Assembly (NCBI GenBank): GCA_002633005.1
Contig: NMRA01000117.1
Coordinates: 567,653 to 631,652, forward strand
DNA length: 64,000 nt
Direction: 5' to 3'
Source of the DNA: Phoronis australis
Taxonomy: Eukaryota > Animalia > Phoronida
Numbering within the stretch: the stretch's first letter is position 1; every line of letters starts with the position of its first letter. The translations under genes were made by a program, and so were the position numbers. Positions 37,301 through 50,000 of this stretch are shown in pieces. The notes under the pieces were generated by a model that saw only the letters and a list, made by a program, of their open reading frames with translations, was not told where the DNA came from and did no database searches.

Positions 37301-40300
37301 TCAACAATAATGAAAACAGCAAATGTTTAACAACTCTTTAATTTGTTCAAAAATGTCATGCCAGAGCCAGAGCATAGGACGAAGTACAAATTAGTAACTT
37401 ATGGCATCAATGAGACCAAACAATGTTACTGACAGCCACTTTCCCTACATACCAAGAATCACACGGCCTTGGCCTAGTTCAAACTCTAGAGGCTCCCGGC
37501 CCTGAGTTCTTGATGAGTCAAATAGCTTGCCATCTTCAAAGGTTCCCTGAAATGGTGTATTAGATTTACAAAACCATATGCAAGACAATTCAAGCTACTT
37601 GGAACAGTAGTATCAAGCACCATTCCAAGAAGTTGTGAGCATTACCTTAATGGTGTCTAACATTCTTAAAAGCTACCTGAACCTACAGGTGATAAGATCA
37701 TGATACATATAAACAGGGCTCCTGATTGCCTGGGGCAATTAATTTCCAAGATGGGAAAGTATGACCTAGGAAACAGCTGCCTGACCTGGCAAGTGAAAAT
37801 AATCATGTAAAAATTTTAAAATCCTTCGTCCTTTAATTATGATTTGCTCTAAGTCAATGTCTCTCACTCAATCTCACCCCTAAAAATAGATAATTTGTAT
37901 TGGCTAACTGAAGCAGGCCCATGTCAGGGAAACTCATAGCACTAAATATACAAAAATAATATTCAGTTATGAAATATATCTAGCAAATAAAGTTGTTTCT
38001 GAAAACAAATTTAACAAGTTCTATACATATTTTCGCAACTGAATATCTGGATTGTGAATCATGTATCTCAGGCACCTGTGGAGTGAATAGACTATGAAAT
38101 ATCGACTATGATGTTGCACGATGGCAAAACAGCAAAAAGTACCCACTCGACCAAGGGGCTTCCCCACTAACAGGTGCCGCAGCACACAGTAACAAGTCAT
38201 GTGGTACTTTGCCGAACACTAGGCTGTGATTCCGGGGGTGTAATTTGGCCACTCTTTGATCAAATAATAATGACAAATATGATAACAAAATGGCAAAAGT
38301 TTCAGACTTTACTTTTGCTAAATGATCTTATAGTGCGATCATTGTAACAGTTTGTGGATATCAGAAATTATCATTATTCTATCTAAATTAGAATATGTCT
38401 AATCAGTACGAGAAGAGTCACCTAGGTCGAGTGAAAATCTTTTGTCAAAACATACATGACTTTCTTGTTTAATAAAAAATGATCTTTAAAAAGTCGAGTG
38501 ACTATGAGAAATCAAAAAACGCTTATACAGCAAAGGAAATCAGGCTATCTATGAGACGTAAAAATGGAGGGATTCATTGTTTGTAAACACTGCCCACTTT
38601 TCAAATCACACAGTTGCTTTGCAAAGATACCCTGGTGGCACACAATCGATAACAAACAGTTTTGCCTAGGTTATTGATTTTTGTTTAATAATGAATTTCC
38701 TTGTTACTGAACTTTTCATTAAAGTTGTTTTAAAGTGACAGACATTTTATCTTAATGCAGCACAGTTTCATTCCTTTTGCTTTATAATTTAACATCAATA
38801 AAATTTCAAATTCCAGATTATGTGAATTTAGTGTTCGGAAAAGAAATTTTGAGTGGACTTGCCCTCATTTGCAAGTGGAAAAAAAAATTGTTTTGAGCCC
38901 TGATACATAAACCTGAAACTCTAAATAAGACCTGTAGAAATATTCCATACTCATAGTGTAATGTACAGACACTACATTTCCCGAGTCTGTTCGGACAAGA
39001 AAATTTTGAGTGGACTAATTTTTTCCACACTTGCAAGTGGAAGAAAAAATTAGTTTTGAGCCCTGATACATAAATCTGAAATTCTAAATAAGACCTGTAG
39101 AGATGTTGCATACTCACAGTGTAATGTACAGACACCACATCTCCAGAGTCTGCTGTCTCATAACAATCATCTGGCTTAACCTGAGAATAAAAAAAAACAA
39201 TGACTGAAACAAAATGACATTAGAAAAGGCATGCCTTATTGAATCAATACACCGGCATGCAGTGCAAGTACTCAATGACACTTGGCTGTCTTGTCAAACT
39301 CCAGGGGTATGTGAATAGGCACTGATGTCCTGGCAATCCTTTCCATTGCATCCAGCAGTAATTTAAGGAGCTTTTATTAGTACATCTAAAAAGTTTCAAA
39401 TTTCTCCAATTGATCGTTTGAATATGGCGTGCAGTGAAGTTAGTGATGAATGGTCAAAGTGGAGGAAAGAAATTTTAACCTTCAATGCATATGCCTGCAT
39501 GGTTTTACTTGGCTATTGAAAAACAGTTTCAGCTTCTTAAATTCCTTAACAAAAGATGAAGGTCTGAGAGTGATGATATTGTACAGTACAGTGACGGATC
39601 TAGGATACCATAAGGGGGGGCCCAACATGTTGTCTCGGGGAATCGGGCAAAGCACGATTGTATGTGCAGCGCAGGCCCAAAGTTGCGGGAGCCGGGTATG
39701 TGGACATTCTGTTTGGAAAATCTACCGATGGAATAAAAAACGGCAACGCCGCGATCTGGGGCACCCCCTTCTCTGCGTCCTAGTTGCTTACTCAATATTT
39801 CCTCACGCTTCACGCTGTTGCTGTTCCATTTTTGTTTACCCCCTAAATCCGCCTATGCATTAAAAAAACTAATTATGTATGCATTTTTATCAAAAAAGTG
39901 TACACTCAGGATTTAATGAAGTTTGACATAAATATCATTAGCATCAGTCACGTTATAGCCACTTAGCAGCACAAAATTTGACAACCGGCAAAAGTCACAA
40001 AAACTGCTGGTGTGTTAACAATGAGTGAGTAGGCCTAATACATTAATATATTTTTTTTAATGGCTGCCGTATTTGTAGTGGATGTCTACAGAAAAAGGAA
40101 GGGCTAAATACTTCACTAATATTTGTTAAGTTTCATTTTTCATCAATCTGCGTGTTAATATAGATATGAACCTCTGAATATTTCCAAAAATGGCAAAATT
40201 TAACACCAGCTGAATTTCCACCATGTTGCTTTGGCTTTGCCCTTGCTATTTACCAGGTAGATCCGAAGGGAAGGCCAGGTCCTTTCTAAAGCAGTAAAGC

Positions 40301-40714
40301 CTAAAGCCCTAAAGCCAAAGGTCTAAATGTGGTCTACCGGTTCCAATGTTTCATAGTTACGCAGAGTGTAGTGAGCTTGGAAGTCGTCGTAGGACTTTGC
40401 CGGAAAGCAATACTGTCTCACTTCTCAATGTGGTAGTAGCAGTAGTAGCATAGTACGTCTAGTGTAGTGAGTAGAAGTAAGCTTACGACCACCGACACTG
40501 TGCCAGGCCGAGAACAAGGTGCGTGCGAAGTGCCAGGCCGGTCACACGTCCTTGCTCTCGCGGTACGGGGATTGGCACTTCGCCTAAGGGGTAACGATTC
40601 ATTGTGCAAGTCTAAAACGAAACTGTATTTACTCACAACAACATCGACTTCCAGCTCTTTCTTTTTTGCACTCAAAGCAAATGAAACAAAACAGAGAAGT
40701 ACGATAGCCCTCAT
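34365..40714 (-). CDS. FKBP11: FKBP-type peptidyl-prolyl isomerase with signal peptide, C-terminal TM helix and lysine-rich tail (FKBP11), 6 exons, 181 aa
   Basis: Exons (-): 40714-40637, 39180-39118, 37546-37453, 36990-36957, 35765-35695, 34570-34365 (546 nt). Protein: MRAIVLLCFVSFALSA...SGDVVSVHYTGTFEDGKLFDSS...[36 protein letters not shown]...ATLLFETEL...LALPAFVLYCVYYLY...SKKELKEEKRRKKRK. The tail matches FKBP11. Confidence 0.93.
36978..37297 (-). repeat. 57-bp minisatellite (~5.6 copies) duplicating the FKBP11 exon-4 splice acceptor
   Basis: The minus-strand unit contains ttttcag|gctgggaacagg. Acceptor junctions fall at 37275, 37218, 37161, 37104, 37047 and at the true exon start 36990. 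Confidence 0.93.
38832..39152 (-). repeat. ~160-bp tandem duplication containing the FKBP11 exon-2 3' end and donor
   Basis: The intronic copy reads ...cattacact|atgagt (38954); the true junction reads ...cattacact|gtgagt (39117). Confidence 0.85.
39589..39857. mobile_element. hAT-type MITE-like element
   Basis: Imperfect TIRs cagtgacggatctagg / cctaaatccgcctatg with G- and C-run subterminal motifs. Similar pieces lie at ~45290-45380 and ~63700-63865. No TSD seen. Confidence 0.4.
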
Positions 40715-41072
40715 GTCGGCCAAGCATCGACCATCCGGATGTTAAAAAAGCCCACCACAGATGGCAGCAGCGTACAACAAACACGAACACCAAAGTTCAG
40801 TAACGGGACCTCCCTAAAAATGCGATATTACGTGAGATAATGTAGTGTATTTTAAATGAAAACACGTGATTTTGGCTAGATTTTGGGGAGGTTTTAGCCT
40901 TACTGAACTCTGCCCAGCTTCGTCTCCAAGCCTCAATCTAGCGCTAGTCTCCTCCACAGATCCTCTGTATTGGAACGTACAACGTACAAAAAGTCATGTG
41001 ACATGCTGCAAAGTTCAAGGTCATTGATGTTTGAGTCTGGTGCCGACTGACGACGGCTATAATTCTACCAAT
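40715..41072. promoter_or_regulatory. Bidirectional promoter region between FKBP11 and the amine oxidase gene
   Basis: Divergent start codons (40714 on -, 41073 on +) are only 358 bp apart. E-box-type motifs cacgtg (~40863) and gtcatgtgac (~40993) lie between them. Confidence 0.6.
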
Positions 41073-44000
41073 ATGACTACGAATACAGTGGAAGACGATC
41101 ATAACACAGACGTAGTAGTTGTTGGGGCTGGTATCTCAGGGTTGTGTGCTGCATATCAACTGCTTTCAAAAGATCCTAGCATCAGCGTTGTTGTACTTGA
41201 AGCCAAGGGTACATTTCTTCTTCACATTGTTCGACTTGGGCACTGCCAGTGTTGTTGCAGCCCAAACTGTACTGTAGACAGTGACCACCGTTTCAAGCTA
41301 GCCAGTAGAGACGGTGCATACGCCAGAAGCTTTTTGGTGAATTATGTATCGCACTGATTAAAAGATCAAAGTCATGTTATTATTATTATTAAGTACCTTT
41401 TGCGTGAAGAGGGACACCTTAGGAGGCCGTCAATGTCTTTAATTCCTTCTTACTCAAACAAATACTCTCGTTATCAAACTTTTTCTTCCTGCAGTCCTTC
41501 GTTCAGTTCTCAAAATTGGAAACTGGCCATTTCTACACAGCGCACGCCAGGGAATATGACGTCATACCACCTGCTGCATGCAGTGTTAAAAATGGCCAGT
41601 TTCCAATTTTGGGAACTGAATGAAGGACTGGTCGAAGAAAAAGTTTGATGACAAGAGTTTTTGTTGAAGTTGTGTTGTGAAGCATGACTTCCAGTTGTGA
41701 CGACGCATTCAGTCAGATAAAGCCTCTAAGTCGCTTGCCAAGCGGCAATTGCCCGTTGGCCAAATGGTTTATGCTTGACTGTCGCTCATGCAACTGGGGT
41801 TCAAGTCTCAGCGGAGACACTGAAATTTTCTACAGTTGGAAGGAACTAAAGATATTGACAGTCTCTTTATCCTCTATGCGCAAAAGGTACTTAACGGGGT
41901 ATAACAATGTAATTGATTTTTTAATCATTGTAGCCATAATTCATCGAAAACTTCCGGCGTATGAAGCGCCTGTAGAAGCTTCACCATCTGTATCAACTAG
42001 AGATGGTGGTCACTGTCTACCCAAACTGATGTCTGCATCAAACTGACTTGGTGCACTTCACTTTGGCATGGGTTGGTAAGCCAAACTGATGCCTGCGCCA
42101 AACAGAAGCCACCATATATTCCCAAATTGCTGCCACCGGTTTATGGATTTTTTAACAGTTATTAGAACAGAAATTGACAGTGAGTACTCATGTATGTGCA
42201 AGTCACAAGGAGTAATCACATTGGAGAAGTGTCCTGAGAAACTATTATTCTGCACTCGTAATTTTCGTCAATTTCGGTTCTGATAACCATTAAAAAATAT
42301 AAACCACTGGCAGTAATTGGGGAACTTACGGTAGCTTCATTTTGGCTCAGGGATCAGTTTGAGTTGCAACAAGGTCACCGTCTTTACTTTGCTTTAGAGC
42401 CGGTGATGCTCCCATGCCTTCATCTTGAAGCTTTTCGACAAAGTATGCCTCACACTGATTAAACCCTCAAAGTCACATTGTTATAAGTACCTTTTGCACA
42501 TAAAGAGACACCTTAGGAGGCTGTTGATGTCTTTAATTCCTTCCAATTCGAACAAATACTCTCGCAATCGAACTTTTTTCAAGCATTCCTTCGTTCAGTT
42601 GTCCAAAAAGGCAACTGGCCATTTTTAAACTGCTCGCGCCAGGGGTATGACATCATGTGCTGTCAGCATGGTGTTTTGTTGCATTGCAGCAGACCTTTGG
42701 GGCATTCTTGATGAAGATGTCCTACTTTGTCATTTTTGAATATTAGCACTTGTGTGTGTAATCATTATGGCAATAGGTGGCGCTCACTGAGTAGACTCAT
42801 TCTGTTACTACTTCAGAGATGTGCCCTGGTTGGTTCAGTTTATATTGTTGACCACAAATGGAACATGAGTATAACTGAGTGTAGTTGGTCCACCGTCTGT
42901 GTCCTTCAAGGATTTTGAAAATAATAATGGTTTGGGTATACAAGCAATTGTCAAAATTATTTAATAAATTTGATCCTTGGTAATAAATGCAACCAATTAT
43001 CTGAGCGCCATCTTAACAGGCATCTGAACTTTACGTTTTTCATATTTACGTCAACAGATTTACGCCTACTCATGCTGTTGGTCGTGGGGTGGGGTGGCAT
43101 TCTACATGTAATGCATGAAAATTTGTTTTTACAGCCAGAGTTGGTGGCCGAACACTTTCACAAAACCTGAAGGCAGCTAATGGATCCAGAGATGCATGGG
43201 ATTTGGGCGCACAGTGGGTTGGAACGTAAGAACACAGTTCATTCTTGGCCGTGCCAAAACCGTACAGATCACCTATAATAGTTTGAATCCATGCATGATT
43301 TGTTGGGTCAAAATACCAAACTTGGCTCAACTCGAACCATTTGGTTTGTTTTCATAGCACAGTGTGTGGTTATGCTTATGAAGTCACAGAATCGGCACCT
43401 TAGAATAATATTTACTGCATCCCAGTTTTGGGTTTACTCTCATAAAATGAATATAGTGTTGAAAACATTATTAACCACTAACATAATATATTTTATTTAA
43501 AAACTCATTGTGCGGGAGGCAACAACAACTTGTTGTTTACCCTTTAGTTTATTCCATATTGATGACATCTTTTGGCCAGTTTCGTTGTTTAACATTTGTA
43601 AGTAACTTCAATGCGTACAGCAGTGTATATCATTCAAATTAGAAGCAGTAACTGAGTGCTGGAAAGCTAAGAGCCTAGTCATATGTTAAGTTTTAAAAGC
43701 ATGCTTTCAGTAACGTTAAGGCTAAGCTTGTAGCGCAGCTACCATCAAACAACGTTTTGGAATTTTATGGGGATTCGCAACAGTGTTAGAAGTGTTTAAA
43801 AAATTAAAAAGAGCAAATTCCACAAGTACGGAATTGGTGAGATTTTTGCGTAAGTGTACCCATTGTATGGGATTTTACCATGTACAGCTGTATTTATTGA
43901 TTATTACTTTTACTTGATTTCTAGTTGTCAGCCTCACATCATTCAACTCTTAGGGGAGCTTGGTCTTGAAACATACAAGCAATATGTCACCGGCACAAAG

Positions 44001-47000
44001 TTCATGAGGTTTGGATCCAACAAGATCTCCAAGTTTCAAAGTGTGATTCCTCGATTGTCTCCCCTGGCTTTGCTGGACCTTCAACTTTGTTGGAGCAGGG
44101 TTTGTTTGTTTGTTTTTATTAAGAATATGATCTTAGTGATGTAACGTGCCTAGTATATCAACACCAGTTAGCGTATATGTACTAGAGTTTTCCGTTGACA
44201 ATCCTGGGCTGTGCATTTGGAAAATGACATTTTCCGGACCAACAGTTAAATCCAAATATATGCCCAGGGGTAATGGCGGAGATGAATATATGCTTGGGTG
44301 TAATATGTGTTAGCTATCACTCATTAAATGGACAATTCCTGGGACTTTCCGCTCAATAAAATAACAGAACAGGAACCTTTCTTTAATAACAGAATCGTTT
44401 ACTTTTGAAAATCTTAACTCCTACATCAACAGGTAGCACGCTAACTTTAAAGCTTACTGCTGTTGAAAAATTTGTAATTCATCTCAACTGGTCATGCCAT
44501 ATACTTGCCTATGGATACTGAGGTTGTTGTTCTGGAGAATCGTGTGGCTTTGACATTTACAGTTGGAACACATGAGAAAGCAGGTTCCTGTAGACAACCC
44601 GTATAGCTGTGAACATGCTGCCAAGTGGGATTCCATGTCTGTGGGGACGTTTCTACAGAAAACAGTCTGGACAACAGGTATGCGTGTGTGTGTGTTTGTT
44701 TGTTTGTGTATGTGTACGTGCGCGTGTGCATGTGTGATTGGAGCCCAAGAGTACTTGACTCTATTTTTGTTGACCCATTTAGAGAGTGGCCTTGAAAAAA
44801 GGGACTCGTCTGTAGGAAGTTCCTGTGGCAAAGTCACCTTTTGTAGAGATTTACTCCAGAACCATCCACTTTTGTTAGGGTTTCTTCCATAAACCTAACA
44901 TTTCATAGGAACCAGATTCTTTTAACCTTTTAACCTTTTAACCCTGAAGCAGTCCAACAAGATTGCCAAGTTTTTGAAAATGTGATACAGTATCTTTTTT
45001 ACAACCAATGTTTGAAACTTTTTTTACATAATGTTAAAAATCTTCTGTAGATTTTTGTACTGAGTTGTGAGAGAAGCTCATTTGTAGAGTTTCCAACCAC
45101 CAAGGTGACTCCCTTCAGAGGAAATTATGTTGGAAATGGCATCCTTTCCTAGGAAAATAAATTCCCATTTGAGAGCCTGATTCTCAAGCAATGCGGTCAT
45201 CTGAGAAATGCGTTTTTTTGTTTATGTTGGAATTTAATACCTACTGCATCCTGGCACCTCCCCCCTACAGTAACTACCAATTAAAAAAATATTGGCATGC
45301 CATTTTTAGGGGCTGATGTGGACTCTTTTCCCTTAAAAATTGTGGTTGCCCCTCTTGCAACATCCTAGATCCACCAGTGTGGGTTTCACTTAACATCTGT
45401 TCCTAGGAACTTATAATTTTTTGTTAAATGCTATGGACATTTACCTGGATGGATATGGATGCAGACACAAAGGTTAAATACTTACACAGAACATAAACTG
45501 TGTGGCTAATGTTCCAGCATGTCAGGAGGCAATCAGTGCTGCATTTGGTACAGTGTTTGGTGTGGAAACCAGTCAACTATCCCTGCTGTTCTGTCTAATG
45601 TACATGAACGCGGCAGGAGGCATGGAACCACTATTGGAGGCTATGGAGAACTGCGGACAGGAGTCTAGAATTAAGGTGAGTTTGGGATCTCTGAGGCAAT
45701 GGAGAACTGCAGGGAAGAGTATAGGGTTAAGGCAGTTTGGAATCTTGAAAGCAATGCCAATGGAGAACTGCATACAAGAAATAGCATAGTGGTCAATGGA
45801 TACTGTGGGGAGTTTTTGGCTCCTATTGGCATTTATGGAGAACTGATTACAGGAAATTTGTATGAGCTTGCAGTAGATTGAACTAGCAAAAATGGAACAT
45901 TAAGAGTTCTTATGTTCACATAAATGCATTAAATAAGAAGAATTATTTCCCCTTGATTCATTAGAAACTCAGCCCATTTAAATGCATTAAATAAGAAGAC
46001 TTCTTTCACCTTGATTCATTAGAAACTCAGCCCATTTAAATGCATTAAATAAGAGGAATTCTTTCACCTTGATTCATTAGAAACTCGGCCCATTTAAATG
46101 CATTAAATAAGAAGAATTCTTTCACCTTGATTCATTAGAAACTCAGCCCATTTCACAGGACCGTCTTCAATGGATTTGTACAATTTCTGCTGTCATCAAG
46201 AGGCCTGTTTATCAAGGAATCTAATCTAAGGTCCTATTGTAGAGAGAAATTCAATTACCGCTTTAGTGATGGGTTCATGGCAAGATAACGTTGGCTAAAT
46301 TAAATTAGTATATTGTAGACTTGAAAAGGTGATTTTTTGACCTGTTTGGCTTAAGTTAAGTTAGGATACACAAAGAAGTGTGATAAAATTAGCCAAATTG
46401 GTTCTCTGGTACACATTTATGATTGTTTTTAGTAAGTCTTTAAACCATGGAAGATAATTGGCCAGCGAGGCTTTTGTAATGTGATACTTTCTTGCATTCA
46501 ATGTAAAGTATCTGTTATGGTAATTTTATGTTGGTAGGATGCTAGAGACGTCAATTTTTTGAAGTAGTTAGGTTATTTAATGGTTGTGGCTGTTTTGGAA
46601 CATCTGAGTGTTTGACACTGAAGTACTGGCAATGAAGTATTTAAAAACGTTTTTCCTTGCAGTGTTATTTATGCCAAGCAAATTGTAGATTTAACTGCAG
46701 AGATTGCGTCAAGTGCAACCAACCAATCAATCAATCATTCAATCGATCAATAATCATCTATTTTAGTGACCTGTAGCAATTGCTACCCAACCACAACTTG
46801 GGCCTATAAGTCACCATTTCCAAAGAGAACGTACAAAAAAATAGGCAACGCATACATGTATACAATGACAAAAAGAAAATCCGACCAACCTTCTCATTCA
46901 TTATTAATTAAGTAGTAAAAAACAACATTTTTGCCAGAGAAATGCATTATAAATAAAACACTATGTGGTCTTAATCATCAAGAAAACAAAGTGGTTCTGA

Positions 47001-50000
47001 ATTCCTAGCTCACCAAATGAGGGGCAGACCAACATAGTTCACCAAATGAGTGGCAGACCAACATAGCTCACCAAATGAGTGGCAGACCAACATAGCTCAC
47101 CAAATGAGTGGCAGACCAACATGACCTCTGTAAATAACAAGGTTCTGAGATCAGAGTTTGTACTAGCAAAAGAAATGTATTTTCTCCTCTATGCATGAGG
47201 CAGTACAAAAATCACACACACGCTCCTCAACCGGAGTAAAAATACTGAAACGGCCAGTTTCTACATTCAGCAGCAAGCCTGCTTATCTAAATTGAGAAAA
47301 GAGGGATGTCTTTTCTGTAGAAATGCTCATTTTTAGATAAACTTCCGATTGATAGCTAGTTTTAATTAATTTATAATTTTTTAGCTTGGGTTTGCTCAAA
47401 ATTTCAGCCCTCCATTCAGACTTTGAAAGATCATCAGTTTCATTTTAGCATTTTCCAGTACATTAGTTAAACCAATGCAATTTGTTTAATGACTGTCTTT
47501 GCTTGTATTTCTTCAGGGTGGGGCTCAACAGATCTCATTGAAATTGGTGGAGAAGATCAACAGTGATAAAGTCTGGTTAAACCAACCCGTCGTCAGTATC
47601 TCTCAGGTAGGTATTACTTCAGGGGTTTAAGCCCCTCAATAAAGGACCTCTGTGACTAAAAACTTTTATTTTTGCAACAAGATTGCAGAGTGAACTGCCA
47701 GTTGATAAAACCACAGATCCTTCACCAAAGTATCGCTCGAACGTTGTTTTAAACTTTTTGCAATAGCTCTGTAGAATTCCACCCTGTTGTTATTTTTACT
47801 CTTTTCAGGATGAAAGTTCAGTTAGTGTCCGCACAGCTACAGGGTCTACCATTCATTGTAGTCGAGTTATTTTAGCATTACCACCCTGTCAACTTGGTGA
47901 GTTGAGCGCTTCTGTAGTATGTGTACTTTATTGACCCTTGACCTTTTTACAGGTAATGTGAGAGGTCATATATGTAAAGTATTGAGTGGTATCTGTTTTC
48001 AAAAGTAGTGTCTCTGGAGATCACTTTCTTTTAGTTAAATTTAAAAGCTGCCAGGAGTTTATCATAGACACGCGTATACAGGTGGCCTGAGTCCAATATC
48101 AACTGCCTGCTTATCGAACACACTTTTACCTACGTGTCCATTCCTCAATTCTGGATTTATTGACTGATGTCCTATAAATCTATTCATCAGTGTGGGGATC
48201 ATTTTATCTGACATCAGCATTTTTAGAGTTCTAACTGTGATGGCTTACTAAAAAATGCCAATATCTTATAACTATCCTTGTTCCCTTACATAAAATGCAC
48301 AGAATGTCCCCTGACCTAATCAAAAAGGTTAATTCTTGCTGGCCATACCAGGAATTTCTAATTGCCAACCCCATGATCTTGTGCGTAGTGACCCCATGAC
48401 CTTGTGCATAGTGACCCCATGACCTTGTGCGTAGTGACCCCATGACCTTGTGCATAGTGACCCCATAACCTTGTGCATAGTGACCCCATGACCTTGAAAG
48501 AAAGAGCATTAAATGTAGCTATGTAGCCGCCAGAAACTGAAAATTCTGATTCCAATATTTTTTTGCAAAATATCACAACTATATAATTGCATTGAAGTAT
48601 TGGTAATTCGGTTTTTGATTACTTTTTGTTGTTTCAGCCCACATGCATTTTCATCCTCATCTGCCTGTAGAAAAAGACTTGCTCATTGGCCGTATGCCTA
48701 TTGGTCTAATTATAAAGTTCATTGTCACTTATGAAAAGGTAAACAACTGTTTGTGAGATTGCACTGCTCTGATAGGAATTTCAATTTTAAGCAAACTTGC
48801 TTAGCTTGTCTGAGTGACTGGAGATTGAGTTGTTACTGTAGCTGCAAGTATTGTCAGTTTTAAGTGCTTAAAATGACCAATTTCATCTAAAAAATAAAAA
48901 AACAACCCCACCAGTCGATCACTTTTCAAATTATGATAAGAACATCTGCGAACACTGACATTAGGTTAATTAGTTGATCTCAAGTTACGTGCATTTATTG
49001 GTCGATATATTCCGGTACTACATAGAATCATGACAACCAATCACACATTAGTCACCTTCTATTGTGTTAAGTGTGAAAAGTCATTGGATATTGCTGATTG
49101 TTTTCCCATGGTTTATGAAAAATAAAGAATGTCGAGGCATTGCGTTTGTTGTAGTTGTGACAACGCAGCACGTGACCACACTGTGGCTTTTGTTACTTTC
49201 CCAACAGACATTGGAGAAGTGTGGATGTGGCACAAGTTTGTACAAGAAACTTGTGTGTTGGTGGACATGACACACTTTGTCTGAGTTCATTCTTATGTCT
49301 CACTCATGTCCATGGTGCTAAGAAATTTTCAGTTAAAGTCTCTTTTCTTCTATTTTCGCTTTTTTGGGATATTAAATTCATGGTTATTACTATAAAGAAA
49401 GATTTAATAATGTTGACGATGTAGCCATTCATCGAAACAAGGTAAATGGTGCTTTTAATAAGCACTTAAATGAAAAATGTTAATTTTGGGAATGCTTGCA
49501 AAACTCAAGTTTTAGTTACTCTTTGCATCACTAGTATGCTTTACTGTCATTTATTGTTGGTAGTGATTTGTTTCCAAAAAGTTGACGAATGTCTTCGTTT
49601 TGAAAGTTCAACAAAATGTCAAATCAAATGTTTTGGCTGCATTTTTTTTAATTTTCAATTAATTTTCATCAACACTCTGCCATGGCTATAGCTATGAATT
49701 TGACAAAGCTAAACAAACATTTGACAAAAAACTTTTTGGAAAACTACTATATAGCGCATGAATTGTAGATGTTAGTGCTTATACTAATTTTTATATATTC
49801 CAGGCATTTTGGAGAGAAGCAGGTTGCTCTGGTGAAATTACATCTAATAGTCAGTGGTCTCATCAGTCACTTGGTTCCTCAACCAGATGCTGTCCTCTTA
49901 GTATTGTGTTTGATGCCACTACAGCGTACGACAATCCAGCACTGGTTGGTTTTATAGTCGGTGCTCAGTACATGGAGTGGAGTAACGTCTCGGTGAGATA

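Noticed and set aside
40754-40772. CTCF-like motif (cacagatggcagc) in the bidirectional promoter
   Set aside because: It has several mismatches to the consensus and cannot be supported from sequence alone.
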